Shown one piece after another: positions 50,576 to 64,000 of a DNA stretch of 64,000 nucleotides. The notes under the pieces were generated by a model. The model saw nothing but the letters and a program-made list of their open reading frames with translations. It searched no databases and was not told where the DNA came from. Numbering within the stretch: position 1 is the first letter of the stretch; every line of letters begins with the position of its first letter. Origin of the DNA: Takakia lepidozioides (taxonomy: Eukaryota; Plantae; Bryophyta); assembly GCA_030704615.1 (NCBI GenBank), contig CM060734.1, positions 42,842,001 through 42,906,000 of the forward strand. The letters are read 5' to 3'. The position numbers and the translations under genes are program-made.

Positions 50576-51049
50576 AGAAGTGATAACGATGTGGCTGATG
50601 ATGACCTGGCAATGATGTCAAATTTTTAAGTTCATTTTTTTATTTTTTATTTTTCAGGCACCTACAAAAATGACGACGATGATGTGGCTGATGAATGACG
50701 TGGTAATGATGATGTGGCACTATGACACCCTACTACTGCTCTAGACTAAAACTAGTCTCTGATTTTCAGTCCACTAGAATTGGAGCTTTGATTGTTCCGT
50801 GCTATTAGTGACGACTTTCACAAACAATGTTCAAGAAATTGTGATGGATTCATTTAGGCATTGAGAATTACGTGCTAGACCGAGGAACTCGGAGTCCTTT
50901 GGCCATGAAAGACTTGACCAAATCAAGGGTGTATTGAGGAGTGATAAGATTGTACCTTATGAACCATCCTGGCACGTTACAAGCTTGGTAAGAAATTGTG
51001 AAGGCAAACTCAGACAGAGCTCTGAAGCAGCACAAGGCTTGGCGATTGA

Positions 51050-54000
51050 AACCAAGGGAACAAATATGCCCAAACTTCGTAAGTACCTATAGATGTGTTT
51101 TACTGCCTGAGCATGAGGTTCTTGTGGTTGGGATATGAATCTGCTCACAACACTGACTGCATATGCTATGTCGATTCTAGTATGAGTTAGGAAAAACTTG
51201 CGCACCATTCGTTGGTAGCGTGCCATATCTGCAGGTAGACCCCCCCCATGTTGGGTTATACAGCTTGATCTTCTTAGGCAGTGGTGTGTGAGTAGGATTA
51301 TAGTCGGAAAATCCAAATTCCTTCAGTATCCCCTTGATGTACTGTCTCTGAGTAACCATAATTCCCTCATCCACGAAGATAAATTCTAGTCCAAGTGAAT
51401 ATGACAAGAGACCTAAGTCTGACATCTCGAACTCTTTATGAATTTCTTCTCGTATCAAAGCTATACGTTCATCACGGTTACCAGTAAGGTATACATCACA
51501 TAGAGAATGAGCAGAACAGTCTTCATGTTGTTGGAGATGGAGTTCCACAGCATGGTCAAGTAGGATTAACTCTTAGATGCTACTCTTAGATGCTACTACT
51601 AGGTTTAATATTTAGCACGTAAGTTAGCAGTTACACAGAGAAGCCACCCTGCGTAGTGGTGAGCCCAGTTAAGCTTAACGATCTATGATGACCACCACAC
51701 TTAGTTGCTGCGCCACTCTCTGCAGGCTTGACCATCCAAGGGAGAACTTGGACTTCCCTGCAGAGCTGTTTAGAGCTTCAGTATATAGTGGGCTCTTAGA
51801 AAGTTGGAAGCCAACAGATAGCAAATTCTTGCATACACCCGGGAAATACAAAACTTCTTCCTTTATTGCATCATTCTTGACAGGAATCACAATATTGCCT
51901 TTCCCGGCTACTTGGTGGTACAGGCCTCCAGCAGTTTTGACCTTGGATTTTCCTTCTCCCTTTTTGATATTGGATAGAAGACTGTCATTGCCCGAGACAT
52001 GCTTAGTGGCCCCGCTATCCACATACCAATCAGATGCATCGCGGAACTGAGCTACGTTGAGCTCGAGGATATCTACAGCCAGATTGTTAGTGGGAGCATC
52101 ATTGCACTCCTGAAAATTATCGATCTCCTCATCGCTACTGTCTTCAATGATGTTGACAGAATTTTTGAGACGTTCTGCAGCACGACGCTTTGACTAACAA
52201 AGGATTTAGACTTCTCTTTGACGACAAGAATGTTTTCTTGCTGAATGCTGGCCTTGAGGTACTCGGTAAAGGAATTCGTGATCTATCGAATGGCCTTTAC
52301 AAACTATCAGTGTTGAATGAATCATTCGCAGGCACAGTGGAAAGTAGCACGGACCTCACACGGATCTGGCATCACCGGTTGGGCCACTTGAATTATAGGA
52401 GTCTGAATTTCTTATCACAGAAAGGTCTTGACGTCAATCTTCCTCAAAATCTATCCATGAGCCATGATGTCTGTCATGCATGTGCGCTTGGAAAGCAAAG
52501 TCGGGAGAAAGCTCCAAAGAAGAGTCTTCACATAAGTTCATCGCCTCTTGATATGATCCACACTGATCTCTGTGGACCATTGTCCACACCCTCTCTCTCT
52601 GGAGCTTTGTATGTTCTTACATTTACAGACGACTATAGTCAGTACTGTTGGGTCTTCTTCCTTCGGAAGAAAAGTGACACCTTCATCTTGTTCAAGCAAT
52701 TTAAGTCCAGAGTTGAGAAACAGTTTGGACGTACTATCAAAGTGTTGCGATCAGACAAAGGTGGGTAGTACTGCTCGACTGCATTCTCAAATTTTTGTGC
52801 AGATCATGGCATAACACGACAGTTCACCCAATCTAACACCCCGCATCAAAATGGGATCGCAGAGAGGAAGAACCAAACTCTGATAGAGTGAGCCAGGAGC
52901 TTGGCCTTCGGAGCCCATCTTCCAACATGTCTTTGGGCAGAGACTGTCAGCACGACAAATTGCCTTGTCAATATGTCTCCTACCAGGGCGAACAATGGCA
53001 GCACACCACACCAAAAATTATTTGGAGGCCCGCCTGATGTCAAACACTTGCGAGTGTTCGGCTGTGTATGCTTTGTCCACATCAACTTTCACCGGACCAA
53101 ATGGTCACCAAAATCCATGAGGTGTGTACTTTTGGGTTATGACACTAGCACCAAGGGCTATAGATGCTTTTGTCCAGGGATGAGCAAAATAATCATCTCT
53201 AAGGATGTTGTTTTTTATGAGGATCACATGCACACTGTCCTAGCTGCTGCTGATAGACAACCACTTGAAGATCACAGCATTCATTTCTCATGGCCAGCCG
53301 ATAGCCAGCCGGACAGACCACGGCAGGAGCTCCCACAACAAGAGTCTCCTGATTTTTTGGAGCCTTCACCGGTCCAAGAACCACCTGAAGGTACTGATGA
53401 CAACTTGTTCAAAGGATTGCATGACCCAAACTCATATACTCTTCATGAATCCTTGCCTTCTATGTCATCATCTACAGGTCAGTCAAGTGTAGACTTAGAG
53501 GGTAGTTCTGCCTCGACCTCCTGTATGCACGGGCAACTAGAGGTAGTTCCACCAATACAGGAAGGTGTATATACGCGCACTGGCCGAGCCATTAAAATGG
53601 TAGAAAAGAAGGATGGTGCAGCTTAAGTGCATAGCCATGATCATTACAAGTTCCCTAGTTTCTCCTAGTTTCTCCTTCAGTTCAGCTTGAATGAGCTCCA
53701 AGTCAGTTTCTCTCAAGAAGCATTTTAGCTGCTGATTAGAGGTTTTGGTAGTCCTCATTTGATTGCAGCCAAGTCCTGCAGGGAATTGCACACAACATCT
53801 CTGACCACAAGGCACCTATTGAGCAAAGTAAAGTAGGTTGTTTTTGTAGTGGTGGTGTAACTGTGTGGGCCTTTAGTGGCAGCCATGACAATTCTAGTGT
53901 ATGGGTTGCTGAGGTACTAGTGGTAATTTCACAGTGCCTCAATGTGGGGGGCCTTGATTGGTGCTTGTAGAATCCATGGCAATGCGGAGCTAAATTTCTA

Positions 54001-57000
54001 TGTGGGAGGGGCTGGTTGTTGAAAGGTCCAATATCCATCCACTTAGTTCTCACAAGCATATCTGAAAACCATCTATGCAGGTATCTGCCCCAGGGATTAC
54101 CAGTGAGGTGAATATGCAAGTAGAGCTGCCACCCAGGGTGTGTAGGGCATAGCCATCCAGTCTTCCTGCAAATGCACTACTATAGTTTTCCATCTATTGT
54201 CAGTCATGTTGTTTGCCCTTTATGGTTGACTTGTTGGAGGCCTACTGATTCTCTTTTCATTGCAATGTGAGATAAGGAAGGGTTTTTATGTTCTGCTTGT
54301 TCCCTGCCAGTAATGGTGGGTTGTATGTGTTACAACCATGTCATTTACTGAAAACAGGGTGACGACGTGACTGTTGGTACTGTGTCATCTTGTCTGGCAG
54401 GCCTTCCAGTGAAAACCGACTTTGCCAAGGCAGATCCCAACTTGCAGTTGGCTCAGCCAGTAATGTTTACTACATCCAGCTGCTATGTATTCCCGTGCAC
54501 AAATTCATTCAACTTCTGGGGAGCGCTGTCCAGTTGGGGCATGCTGGAGATTCTGAGGAGACACACCAAACATGCGGAAACATTTGTATTAATATAGAAC
54601 AACACAGATGTGTTCATTTGGCCAGTGTTCTGACATGGACCACAAACCCAACCTGACCTCCAAAGATTTTTTCTGAGACATGAGTATCTGCTGCCTCTGG
54701 CTCTCACGTTGATGTCATGCTTCTTTAAATACTGTGGAACCTGCATGTTCACCTTATGTTATATCACTACCACAAATACATCAAGTCGACAACTTATCGT
54801 GTTGGCACATGGGTTGGGATTATGTCATGAACTATGCACAACGTTACATCGAGCTCCAAGGAGGCTGATCACATAGGTCTCTTTGAATGTGAATCAACCA
54901 GAAATTGGTGGTACATCACAAAGAGTTCAGTGCAATCTGAAGTTTGATGGACAACATACCAAGAGGCTTGGGCTGAGATAGCAAGTGCGAGGCCATCCAA
55001 TGTATAGGTCTGAATTCAAAGCATGTGATCTGGGGGCATGTGATTTTGTGTTAGCGTCTTTCCACATGGGCTGTGATTCTGAAGATCCAAGGAGGCTGAT
55101 TATGAAGACTGCTTGTCACCCATTTTCTGGTCGGGAGTATGTAACCTTGAAATGACACCACCACAATCATTTTGATGAGTGCACTTCAAACTCTAACATA
55201 GTCCCAGTCAAGGACTCCCAAGTGGTTATTTCTACCTTGAGCTAATGCCATCAACTGCTTCCCACTGGTCCTACTATCTGGTGATTGCAGCATGAGATCC
55301 TTTCCAGACCAGGCCTGCCACTATGCTAGCAAAATCAGAAACATACAGGGCTTGACCTGGGCAAACTCAGGCTCTGGCCATGAACTCCACTGCCCCATTA
55401 ATGGACCCACCACGCCACTACAAGATACACACCGCCTCCCACTCAGGCCTGACATCAAGCAATCGTGTACCCATCACAATCTAACATCTCCACCAGCAAC
55501 CCATATCTCAAGTTTTACCCAGATCTGTTTCAAACCCAAAAGCAACCCCCCAGATAGCAGCATACATCCACCTGCCCCCTCCAAGGGCCGACATGCCCGC
55601 ACATAACACTTCAACACTCCACACTTCGTGAATAATTTGCTCCACTCTGACACACCATTGCCAATTACTGCTATGATCGAAGGCAAAAAATTACTCTTGC
55701 ACTGTATGGCGCTACAACCATCTCATATGCTACTGAGGAGCTTTCAATCAACTATCATGCTGCTATCTCCAAATCCTACAGCAATCAAAATTAAAAAAAT
55801 GTTGTTTTACAGAACAACTATATACTAGGACAAACATACCAGGAAACAAAATTGTCATCACATTAACAAGTTGTCCTCAGACACATCAATATGTGAAGCA
55901 GTTGCCTTCACAGCAAGAAACCACACCTGAATGTTGAATGCATATGATGTACCCATCATTGAAACTACTAACTACTTGCTCTGCTCAAAAGCCGTATCCA
56001 CTACTACACAAGACGATTCCATGATTTCGTGGTGGGTTTGTCTGAAGCTGTCCTAGAACCCACCACCTATGCCGAAGCATCTCGACACCCAGGATGGGTC
56101 GACGCCATGGAAGAGGAAATGGCCTCAATTCACAAGAACGAGACATGGACTCTTGAAGATCTGCCCCCCAGTAGACAACCCATTACCACCAAATGGATCT
56201 ATAAAGTCAAAACACACGCTGATGGAACCACTGCCAAATTGAAGGCGCATTTGGTGGCTCGTGGTTTCCAACAACGAGCAAGGGAGGATTTTGATGAGAC
56301 CTACGCGCCAGTGGCCAAATACAACACCTTGCGAGTTGTTACAGCACTAGCAGGTCAGAATGGTTGGCCTATATTTCACTTAGATGTCAAAACTGCCTTC
56401 TTAAATGGTGAATTGACAGAGGAAGTGTTTATCCAGCAACCTGAAGGCTTCAAGGCTAAGGGGAAAGAGAGCAAGGTTTGCAAGTTACGTAAGGCCTTGT
56501 ATGGTCTTCGTCAGGCACCGCGTGCCTGGTACACCAAAATAGACAATTAACTTCAAGAACAAGGATTGAAGCGCACGAACTTGGATGGAAACTTATATTA
56601 CTTCAGAGAAGGAGACAAAATTGTCCTACTCATGCTGTATGTAGATGATGTTTATCTTACTGGTAACCATGACAACAAGCTGCAATGGATACGATCAGAG
56701 ATCACAAAACGCTTTGAGATGACATGGGTCTAATCAAGCACTCTCTTGGGCTTGAGTATTTCTTTCAACCTGAAGGGATCATTGTGACTCAAAGGGGCTA
56801 CGCGGCCCAAATGCTGGAAGAATTTGGATATGGGCAATGCAACGCAGCAGTCACGCCCATGCTCCCCGGGCTCAAACTCAAGATCGACATGGGAGCACCA
56901 GCGGTGGACACCCAACTCTATCAACGAATGGTTGGGAAGTTAAACTTTCTTACTCAAACACGGTCGGACATCTCTTTTGCCGTGAACAAGGTGAGCAGAT

Positions 57001-59760
57001 TCTCCAACCAGCCTCAAACCCCACACATGGACGCCATCAAACATCTATTTAGATATATCAAAGGTATTGTGGATTTGGGGATTTGTTACCATCGAGGGGA
57101 GGCAAGCATCCTCACTGGATACTCAGATGCAGACTGGGCCGACGACCTCAATGATCGGAAGTCCACCACAGGATATCTGTTCAGACTAGGTTCAAGTCCC
57201 ATCTCTTGGGGAAGCAGGAAACAGCCATGCACGGCTCTGTCTTCGACAGAAGCTGAGTACATGGCTATGACTAGTGGTGCTAAGGAGGCGGTGTGGTTAA
57301 GAAGGCTTCTTTCACAACTACAATTCCTTGATGAGAAAGAACCCACGCAGATGATGTGTGACAATCAAAGTGCAATCAAGCTGTCAGAAAATCCAGTCTT
57401 TCACGACAGAACGAAGCACATAGAAATCCGTCACCATTTTATTAGGGAAAAAGTCACGGGAGGAGAGTTGAAAATCAATCACGTTCCATCCAAAGATCAA
57501 CTGGCGGACATTCTTACTAAGCCATTGGGTCGGACCCTCTTCGAAGAGCTTCGAGAGGAACTTAGCTTGGCGCGAACAATTGATTTCTGAGGGAGTCTAT
57601 TTCTTGGTGGCTGTCTGGGTCTGAAAGGAGGAAATTTGTCCACAAATCGCAGCAAAATGTTTCTCCGATGGCTAAACACTCCACTCTATGAACGCTGAGC
57701 AGATCTATTTTGGAGAACACCATCGTTGACATTATACTCACTTTGAAGTTGCAGCGGGCTGTCAAGCTTCTAAAGTTCGAGGGGAGGTGTTGGAGATAGA
57801 GATCCACAGCATGGTCAAGTAGGATTAACTCTTAGATGCTACTACTAGGTTTAATATTTAGCACGTAAGTTAGCAGTTACACAGAGAAGCCACCCTACGT
57901 AGTGGTGAGCCCAGTTAAGCTTAGCGATCTATGATGACCACCACACTTAGTTGCTGCCCCACTCTCTGCAGGCTTGACCATCCAAGGGAGAACTTGGACT
58001 TCCCTGCAGAGCTGTTTAGAGCTTCAGTATATAGTGGGCTCTTAGAAAGTTGGAAGTCAGACCTTTTTACAGTAAGCTTTCCTTACCTGAGCCACTTTCC
58101 ATGTTTTCTTCATAGAAATAAAGGTTGTAGTCTGCGTTGGACTTGAGCAATCCTTGACTCTTACGATAAGCATCGACCTTACTGTACCAAGCTCTAGGTG
58201 CCTGTTTTAGGCCATAGAGTGCCTTTTTGAGTTTGTAGGCATAGTCACCTATGGAAGCTTCAAAGTTTGGAGGTGGTAAGACACAAATGGCTTCTTCTAG
58301 AATTCCATTGAAGAATGATGTGTTAAATCCAAATGGAAGATTATCCACCCCTTGTGTGCTGCCAGAGCTACCATGCTTCTCAAGGTGTTCCATTTCACCA
58401 CATGAGCAAAAGTTTTCATGTAATCCTACCCTTCCTTCTGTTGGAATCCCTTGGCCACCAACCTCGCTTTGAGTTTTGCTACCGATCCATCTGCATTTGT
58501 TTCTATGCGGTATATCCACTTGGTGGCAATGAGTATTTTGTCATGAGGCAAAGGAATTAATTCCCAATTGTCATTCTTGTATATGGATTGAAGCTCATTG
58601 TCCATTTGCCTCCTTCCACCCAGGATGCAACATGGCCATCTTGTGATCCAAAGGCAAATTGATCAATGGGATCTCTTCAGTGGCATTAATATGATAATCA
58701 TGAAGTCTAGTGGGAATTCAACTTACTATGCCACTCCAGGTAACTAAGTGGATATGTTTTGAGTTGCCAATCCTCTTCTTTGGTACATCTTTAGCGGCAC
58801 ATTGGGACGAGCAGATGGATCTAGATTGATTGGTGGATGAACGAGAAATTCTTCAGGGTTGATGGCGATTGATCTTGCAGGACCACTTTCCTCAATTATC
58901 CCTTCCGAAGAAAATTCCTCCGAGCCTTGAGACATACGTGGGCGGGAGGCGGGAGTGCCATCTAGAGATGCTTCGATTTCTCCCTCCTGACCTATTGAGC
59001 AGCATCGAGAGAATAATCTCGTTCATCCTTTCCCTCAGTCATTAGCCACCGGAATTCCTGTGGTGGCTTGGAGCAAAACTTAATGATCTCGGAGAATGGA
59101 AAAATGCTCTCAACGAACTTGATGTCCTTGGTTATAATTTACCTTGATCTCTCGATTATAGACTCTGAATCCCTTTGAGGTAAAAGTCATAACCAAGAAA
59201 AGTGCACTCAATGGCTCGTGCAGCCCTTTTTTCTCTGGAAGGTGAGGTGACAACCAAACTCGGTGCCTCATTGATGGTTTGGGCCCCATGATCCTCTTGT
59301 ATGGAGTATCCCCATTGTTGGGTGATCAATCGATTAGGTAGTTTGCAGTGTTAACTGCTTCAAACCATAAGTGAGCAGGTAGATTGCTTTCAAAAGCCAT
59401 GCTCCGTACTCCCTCCAACAAGCTCTTGTTTTTCCGCTCAACAACTCCGTTTTGGTGTGGAGTGTGAGCTTGAGTTAGCTGCCTCACGATTCCGCTATCA
59501 CTACATAACTTGATAAATTCGTTTGAGGTGTATTCACCTCCCCTGTCTAAGTTATGGCTTTCTTCGCTTCACTGATCACTGGGCTCTGATACCATGTAGG
59601 GATCGGTGTATGGGAGGAACAGAAGCAGATGTTTTCATTCACGTAACTCCCCAATATATACAGGGGCCCCACAACTTTTGCTTTGACTGCTTATGCCCCA
59701 GTAATGACACTCGCCCTTCTTCTTGTCACCCGTAGCACTCAATGTAGTTTTGCGGTTGGT
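51050..59760 (-). mobile_element. Older, internally deleted Ty1/copia element, split by a younger copia
   Basis: PBS TGGTATCAGAGC (iMet; complement at 59583-59594) next to an LTR end at 59595. Integrase remnant (RGGEYTS, HQNGVVERKN) at ~59150-59545. RT KKALYGLKQAPRAWY (58105-58519) continues in frame at 51528 (NMKTVLLILYV) through FEMSDLG...DIAYAVS. Outer limits approximate. Confidence 0.8.
51529..58099 (+). mobile_element. Younger Ty1/copia LTR retrotransposon, rearranged
   Basis: LTRs 51529-51810 (truncated) and 57788-~58099 are near-identical (TGTTGGAGAT...). PPT GAGGGGAGG at 57779-57787. TSD CATGT (51524-51528 / 58100-58104). Integrase WHHRLGH...HTDLCGP (52190-53230), RT 56029-57060, RNase H GYSDADWA...ADILTK to 57590. 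Confidence 0.92.
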
Positions 59761-60240
59761 AGGATTGCGCTTGTAATGCCTCTTGACTAGCAGTGCTTCT
59801 CCATCGCCAGTTTCCCGTGCTTGACTTCACGTCTTATGTCATCTTGCATGAGAATATCATCAATTCTGCTACAAAGGGCAAATCGTCCCGATACATGATG
59901 CTATTGACGAAACCTTCGAAGGTCTCGGGGAGGGCCATCAGAACATATTCCACAATTGCGGAGTCGTTTCCAATTTCTCCGATGCATGCTGGTTCGTTCA
60001 ATAGCTGCTTCAACTTCGTGAGGAACTTCAGCCTCATCCTGAGCAACAGACATTGTGAGTTCGTGTTGTTGGCAAACATCTCCTTCAAGATTGCCCAACA
60101 GTGGTGAGGTTCGGTGATATTGGCCAGATGCGGGATTATATTGTCTTTCACAGACAAGCAATCATCGTTAGTGCCTTCTGTCTTCACAATTTGAGAGCAG
60201 CCATCTTTTCCTCCGAGGTCATGCTTTATCACTAGCATGT
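59760..60240 (-). pseudogene. Copia gag (UBN2-like) fragment
   Basis: LSVKDNIIPHL...CWAILKEMF...VLMALPETFEGFV is typical of copia gag. Confidence 0.7.
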
Positions 60241-61051
60241 AACTAATCTAATCGGTGGGTCAATTACAATGCCCCAAATGAATCTGATGTAACAACATTT
60301 AATAGAGCTCAACCTCAACTGAGGGCCATACCCCTAGGAAGTGGCTCTTACTTAAGCTGACTCCAGACACTCTCCTCTCTCTCTTGCCCATTTGGGTAGC
60401 TGCAAAGGTCTTCCTCTCAGACACTACATATTTGTCGAGTGCAGCCCAAGGTTTACAGCTGTTTCAGCTGCTGCTGGGAATAATAATACACAGCTGCGCT
60501 GAAATGCATATAATTGTGCTTGGCAAGTAATACACCCGCCATAGTACAATAGTGCTTTTTCGCAACTACCCACTGAAGCTTGTGGGGGTATCCAACTTTT
60601 TCCATCCATGTCTCTTGATCCTTGGCCGGGTGTAGAGGACTGATTAGTTCAGTGTTCCAAGTTGATTTCCTCAAGGAACTGAATCTGAGAATCCGGACAG
60701 TACTGGCAGTGGATGTAGAGCACCCACATCAAGGTGCATGTTTTGACTGGTGTAACAGGAGTAACATTTAGTAAGCATCCACACAAGTTGCTTGACCAGT
60801 AAGTCTTGAGTAATGACTTGTTCCTCAAACTCCCACAGTATCTGAATAGAAATGGAGATCTCCCATCCACCTGTGATTGTGAAGGCTTTTTTTGAGGCAT
60901 ACATCATTTCACCTCGCCCCCTTTATTTTCTTCTCAGCAGCTCAACCAGCAGCTGCAAAAAATAGATTGTTTTACTTTTGACATATTGTGTTGGCTTTCC
61001 AGAACCAAAATAGGGGGAAATTAGCTTATGACCTTTCAATTAGCAGGACCC

Positions 61052-64000
61052 TCAAGCTTCATTCAAGACGGGGGCATGATTGCTGTCAAACCCCCCTGCA
61101 ACCAAACGTTCTGAAGAACCGAGGGGGACAATTCTATGGTCATAGATGAGAGGTAATGTCGGCAAGTGCTTGACACCGTTAAGGACCACATTGGGCTTTG
61201 CTTGGGCGGGCATCCATTTCAGTCCTCTTGTGGTGCCTGGTGCACCCCCGGAAAGCTTGGAAACATCCAGAATTGCTCTGCAATGCATAGCAAACATTCT
61301 CAAACATGGTTAGACACAGATAGGCTGTGGCAGATCTCAAAGGCAACAAAGAAAGACAAAAGCGCATCGTTGCATAAATCCTGTCCCTCAACAGAAGGTG
61401 CATTGCAAAACCATGGGTTATCTCTGTTTGTGTGAATGTTGTACCCATTACACTGCGCGCCACAGCTTTGCAATAATTGAGCCCACACCCAGTTTGGATA
61501 GACAAGAAAGTAGGACAGGGTCATAGAGTGAGAGAGAGCAGAGAGCACCTGGTTGAGACTGCAAGGTAAAACCACAAGAATGATGAAGGATAGCCGACTT
61601 ACACATCATTGAGAGCAGTCAAATTGGATGTGGCAGTTACACCTCCATAAATCAACACCTGGGATCCCAAGGTCAAAGCAGAATGGCCAGACCTGGCTTC
61701 AGGCTCCAAGACATCTGCAGAGCCGTCGCCATAAATGGCAAAAAATTAACACTTACATAACTTCTCTGTTATGTCAATCTTCTCAAACAGACTTTCTCAT
61801 ACATTGTTTTATGAGTAAGACTGACTCAAAGACAAATAATGAACAAGCTACCAGAGGAATCCAGGCCATATAAGAAATTGCTCTATCAGATCCAAAAGCC
61901 AATGCATAAACAATCTTAAGGAAAAGAGTCATACGGGGCTTTGCAGTGCCATTCTGACTGGCAGAAGGGGCCACGCCTAGCAGTGCCTGGTACATGAAAC
62001 AAAACATTTCTTACAGAACCATCAACACTTCAAGTCACTGAAATAGATTATCAACAAGCTCTTCAAAATTATCTGGTCTCGTGATTTGATGATGGCACTT
62101 CAAGAACGTTCATGCTGGTATGTTCATCAGTGACACATCATCCCGATAGTCTGCCATCAGCCAGAATACTGGCCAAAATTGTTTGGATATGATATGTCCA
62201 CTTGCTATCGGGCTAGAAGGTGATATTATCGAGGTCTGTCGATATGAAAGTTATGACCTGTACTTTACTATTCTCCGAATTTCACTCAGAATTCTCTCAG
62301 AAAAAAATCCATCCAGGGGTGGGATCACCTGGTAGGTTGCAGTAAGAGCAATTATACGACAGAACATTTCATACCTTTAGCTTATCATAAGTTTCATCCA
62401 GGTTGGCATTGACTAGAGTATAAGTGAAGAGCTTGGCATCTTTCCCACGCTCCAGCTCAGCCTTGGCATTTTTCAACCGTTTCTGAATCTGCTCCTCAGT
62501 CTCTGTCCCCCTGAGCCACGGAAATGCAAGGAAAGACTGCATTACATGAATGCCTCCATCATGACCAGAAGCTACCCAGCCAGTACATGAATTGCAAATG
62601 CAGACCAACAGAGGGATAACTAGAACCAAACAATGAATACATTGTGTGACAAGTCTGACAGAGCCCACCCCTGAAAGGGGCAAGTACTTGCAAGGAGAAG
62701 AGCCTCTTACTTACGCTAACTTTGGTTGGCATCATCTCACTCTCTGTCACAAGTCAAAAATCAAGGCAACCCAAGGCCAAACAAGGAACATGCGGGTCTT
62801 CATGAAGATCTGCATAGTGATGAATTGATAGAGAAAGAAGTAGTAGGACTAATACAATACAAGGAGCAATGTGACTGTGCAGAAATGAAGAGTTCCAGAA
62901 GTATGTCTTGTGAAGAAAAAATCTAGAAAATTGCCAGGCTAAGAGAATTTCCTCACACCTAATCCAGCAAGAGCACTGGTGAAATAACAGTATTTTCATA
63001 TATTGCAAGTACATCATGCAATAGAGCCACTTAAAGAGGATTCTCGTTCCTAACCAAAGAAAGGTATGCTCCTCACCTTCCACGCAAGCGCTTCTCAAGC
63101 TCTTCCTCCTCTGGATATGGGGGTTTGATAAACAAGAACAAGGCATTCAAAGGGCTCTTTTTCACAAGTTGCGCCCCTTGCACATCAATATCCAATATAC
63201 ATGTCTGCATTGCAACAACCCTATATGATTATTAGATTATAAGAAGCTCTGAGAAGCGCAACAGAAACTCACCAGATCCTGGCTGCCAAAGAGAGGAACC
63301 AGAAACCTTGAACCACACAGATATGCTCACTGCAAGCATCTGTAAGATATAGCTCCACACATCACAGTTAGTGCAATAAACAGCCTCTCTAATCATGAGG
63401 TTGGAAAAAGAGGCCTTAGGACATCTCCTACCTTGCCAACATCACTGACAGCCTCAACAGCAGCCAAGCTTGTTCCATACAAGTTTCCGTGAACCTCTGC
63501 AGACTCTAGGAACTTCCCCTCCTTGATTTGCGTCTCCATCATTGGCCGACTGGTGAAATGATAATGAACACCATCTTGTTCCTTCTCCCTGGGCTTCCGG
63601 GTGGTATGGCTGACGGAAAACCCAAACTTCTCTGGAAAGTCTTTCATCAACTTTCCAATAAGTGTTCCTTTTCCAACACCAGAAGGGCCACAGATGACAA
63701 CTGGTCGCAAAGCATCCCCTGTGACTCCCTTGCTCCATGCCACCACTTCCCTCTTCAGAATCTCGGATTGTCTTTTCACAAATGGAGTATCCACCTGCCA
63801 TGGTACATTACACAAGCTGTTGATGCCTGTACTTGGGTGGATGCAAAATAGCTATTTAAATGCCTGACATATTAAGGCAAAGTATGGCACCCTAGTAGTG
63901 TCCAAACAAAATTTAACCATTCATGGTCAAGGGGGACAGCTCACTTCAAGAAACCAGATGTCGCCCACAGTTGTGGTGCTGTGACCTCCATAGACAAGGA
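61052..64000 (-). CDS. Kelch-repeat-containing guanylate kinase (plant GK1/GK2 type); 5' part outside the window
   Basis: Exons >64000-63945, 63794-63432, 63204-63077, 62510-62375, 61986-61935, 61714-61603, 61277-61052, all GT-AG and phase-compatible. P-loop [47 protein letters not shown] and C-terminal [16 protein letters not shown]. Confidence 0.95.

Larger units (their letters stand above)
48918..50832. mobile_element. Small non-autonomous TIR element hosting a SINE and a solo LTR
   Basis: GAACATTG......GAAGTCGTCACTAGTAGTGCGGAGCAA (48918) vs reverse complement of the right end GAACATTG......AAAGTCGTCACTAATAGCACGGAACAA (50832). AAG flanks both sides (48915-48917, 50833-50835). Confidence 0.65.

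Noticed and set aside
50735-50780. Helitron 3' end (hairpin plus CTAG)
   Set aside because: CTAG is not followed by T, no matching 5' TC end was identified, and the site lies within a TIR-bounded element.
51529-52190. Autointegration product of the copia element
   Set aside because: The apparent LTR end CCAACA at 51811 belongs to the inverted segment; the true LTR continues differently in the 3' copy, so the junction is not at an LTR terminus.
60300-61000. Possible additional gene fragments
   Set aside because: Short ORFs without recognisable motifs or a consistent exon chain; may be GK 3' UTR or intergenic.

Overview
Eukaryotic, intron-containing, transposon-dense plant DNA. It is most likely from a moss or other bryophyte (inferred from gene and TE types, not proven). 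Two host genes can be reconstructed with consistent splice phases: a TITAN9/Csm1 (monopolin)-like gene (+, 14813-17670) and the 3' part of a Kelch-type guanylate kinase (-, 61052-64000, continuing past the window end). Almost everything else is repeats or mobile DNA: satellite-like arrays (1-3560), a protein-kinase pseudogene, a hairpin array, a 6-kb non-autonomous TIR element, a full-length L1-type LINE (-, ~18990-47672) split by a 22-kb insert, a solo LTR and a tRNA-derived SINE inside a small TIR element, and nested Ty1/copia elements. The most striking object is the 22-kb insert. Its outer component is a Ty3/gypsy-type gag-pol element with a DDE integrase ending in a PHD finger. It has no ordinary LTR pair and no polypurine tract. 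Instead it shows split direct repeats (A1 ... B1-GC-A2 - unique - B2), with an internal palindromic end-to-start junction (GACA-GC-TGTC) that looks like a pre-formed circle junction. A young 12.9-kb non-chromovirus Ty3/gypsy element with extra 5' and 3' ORFs is nested inside it.
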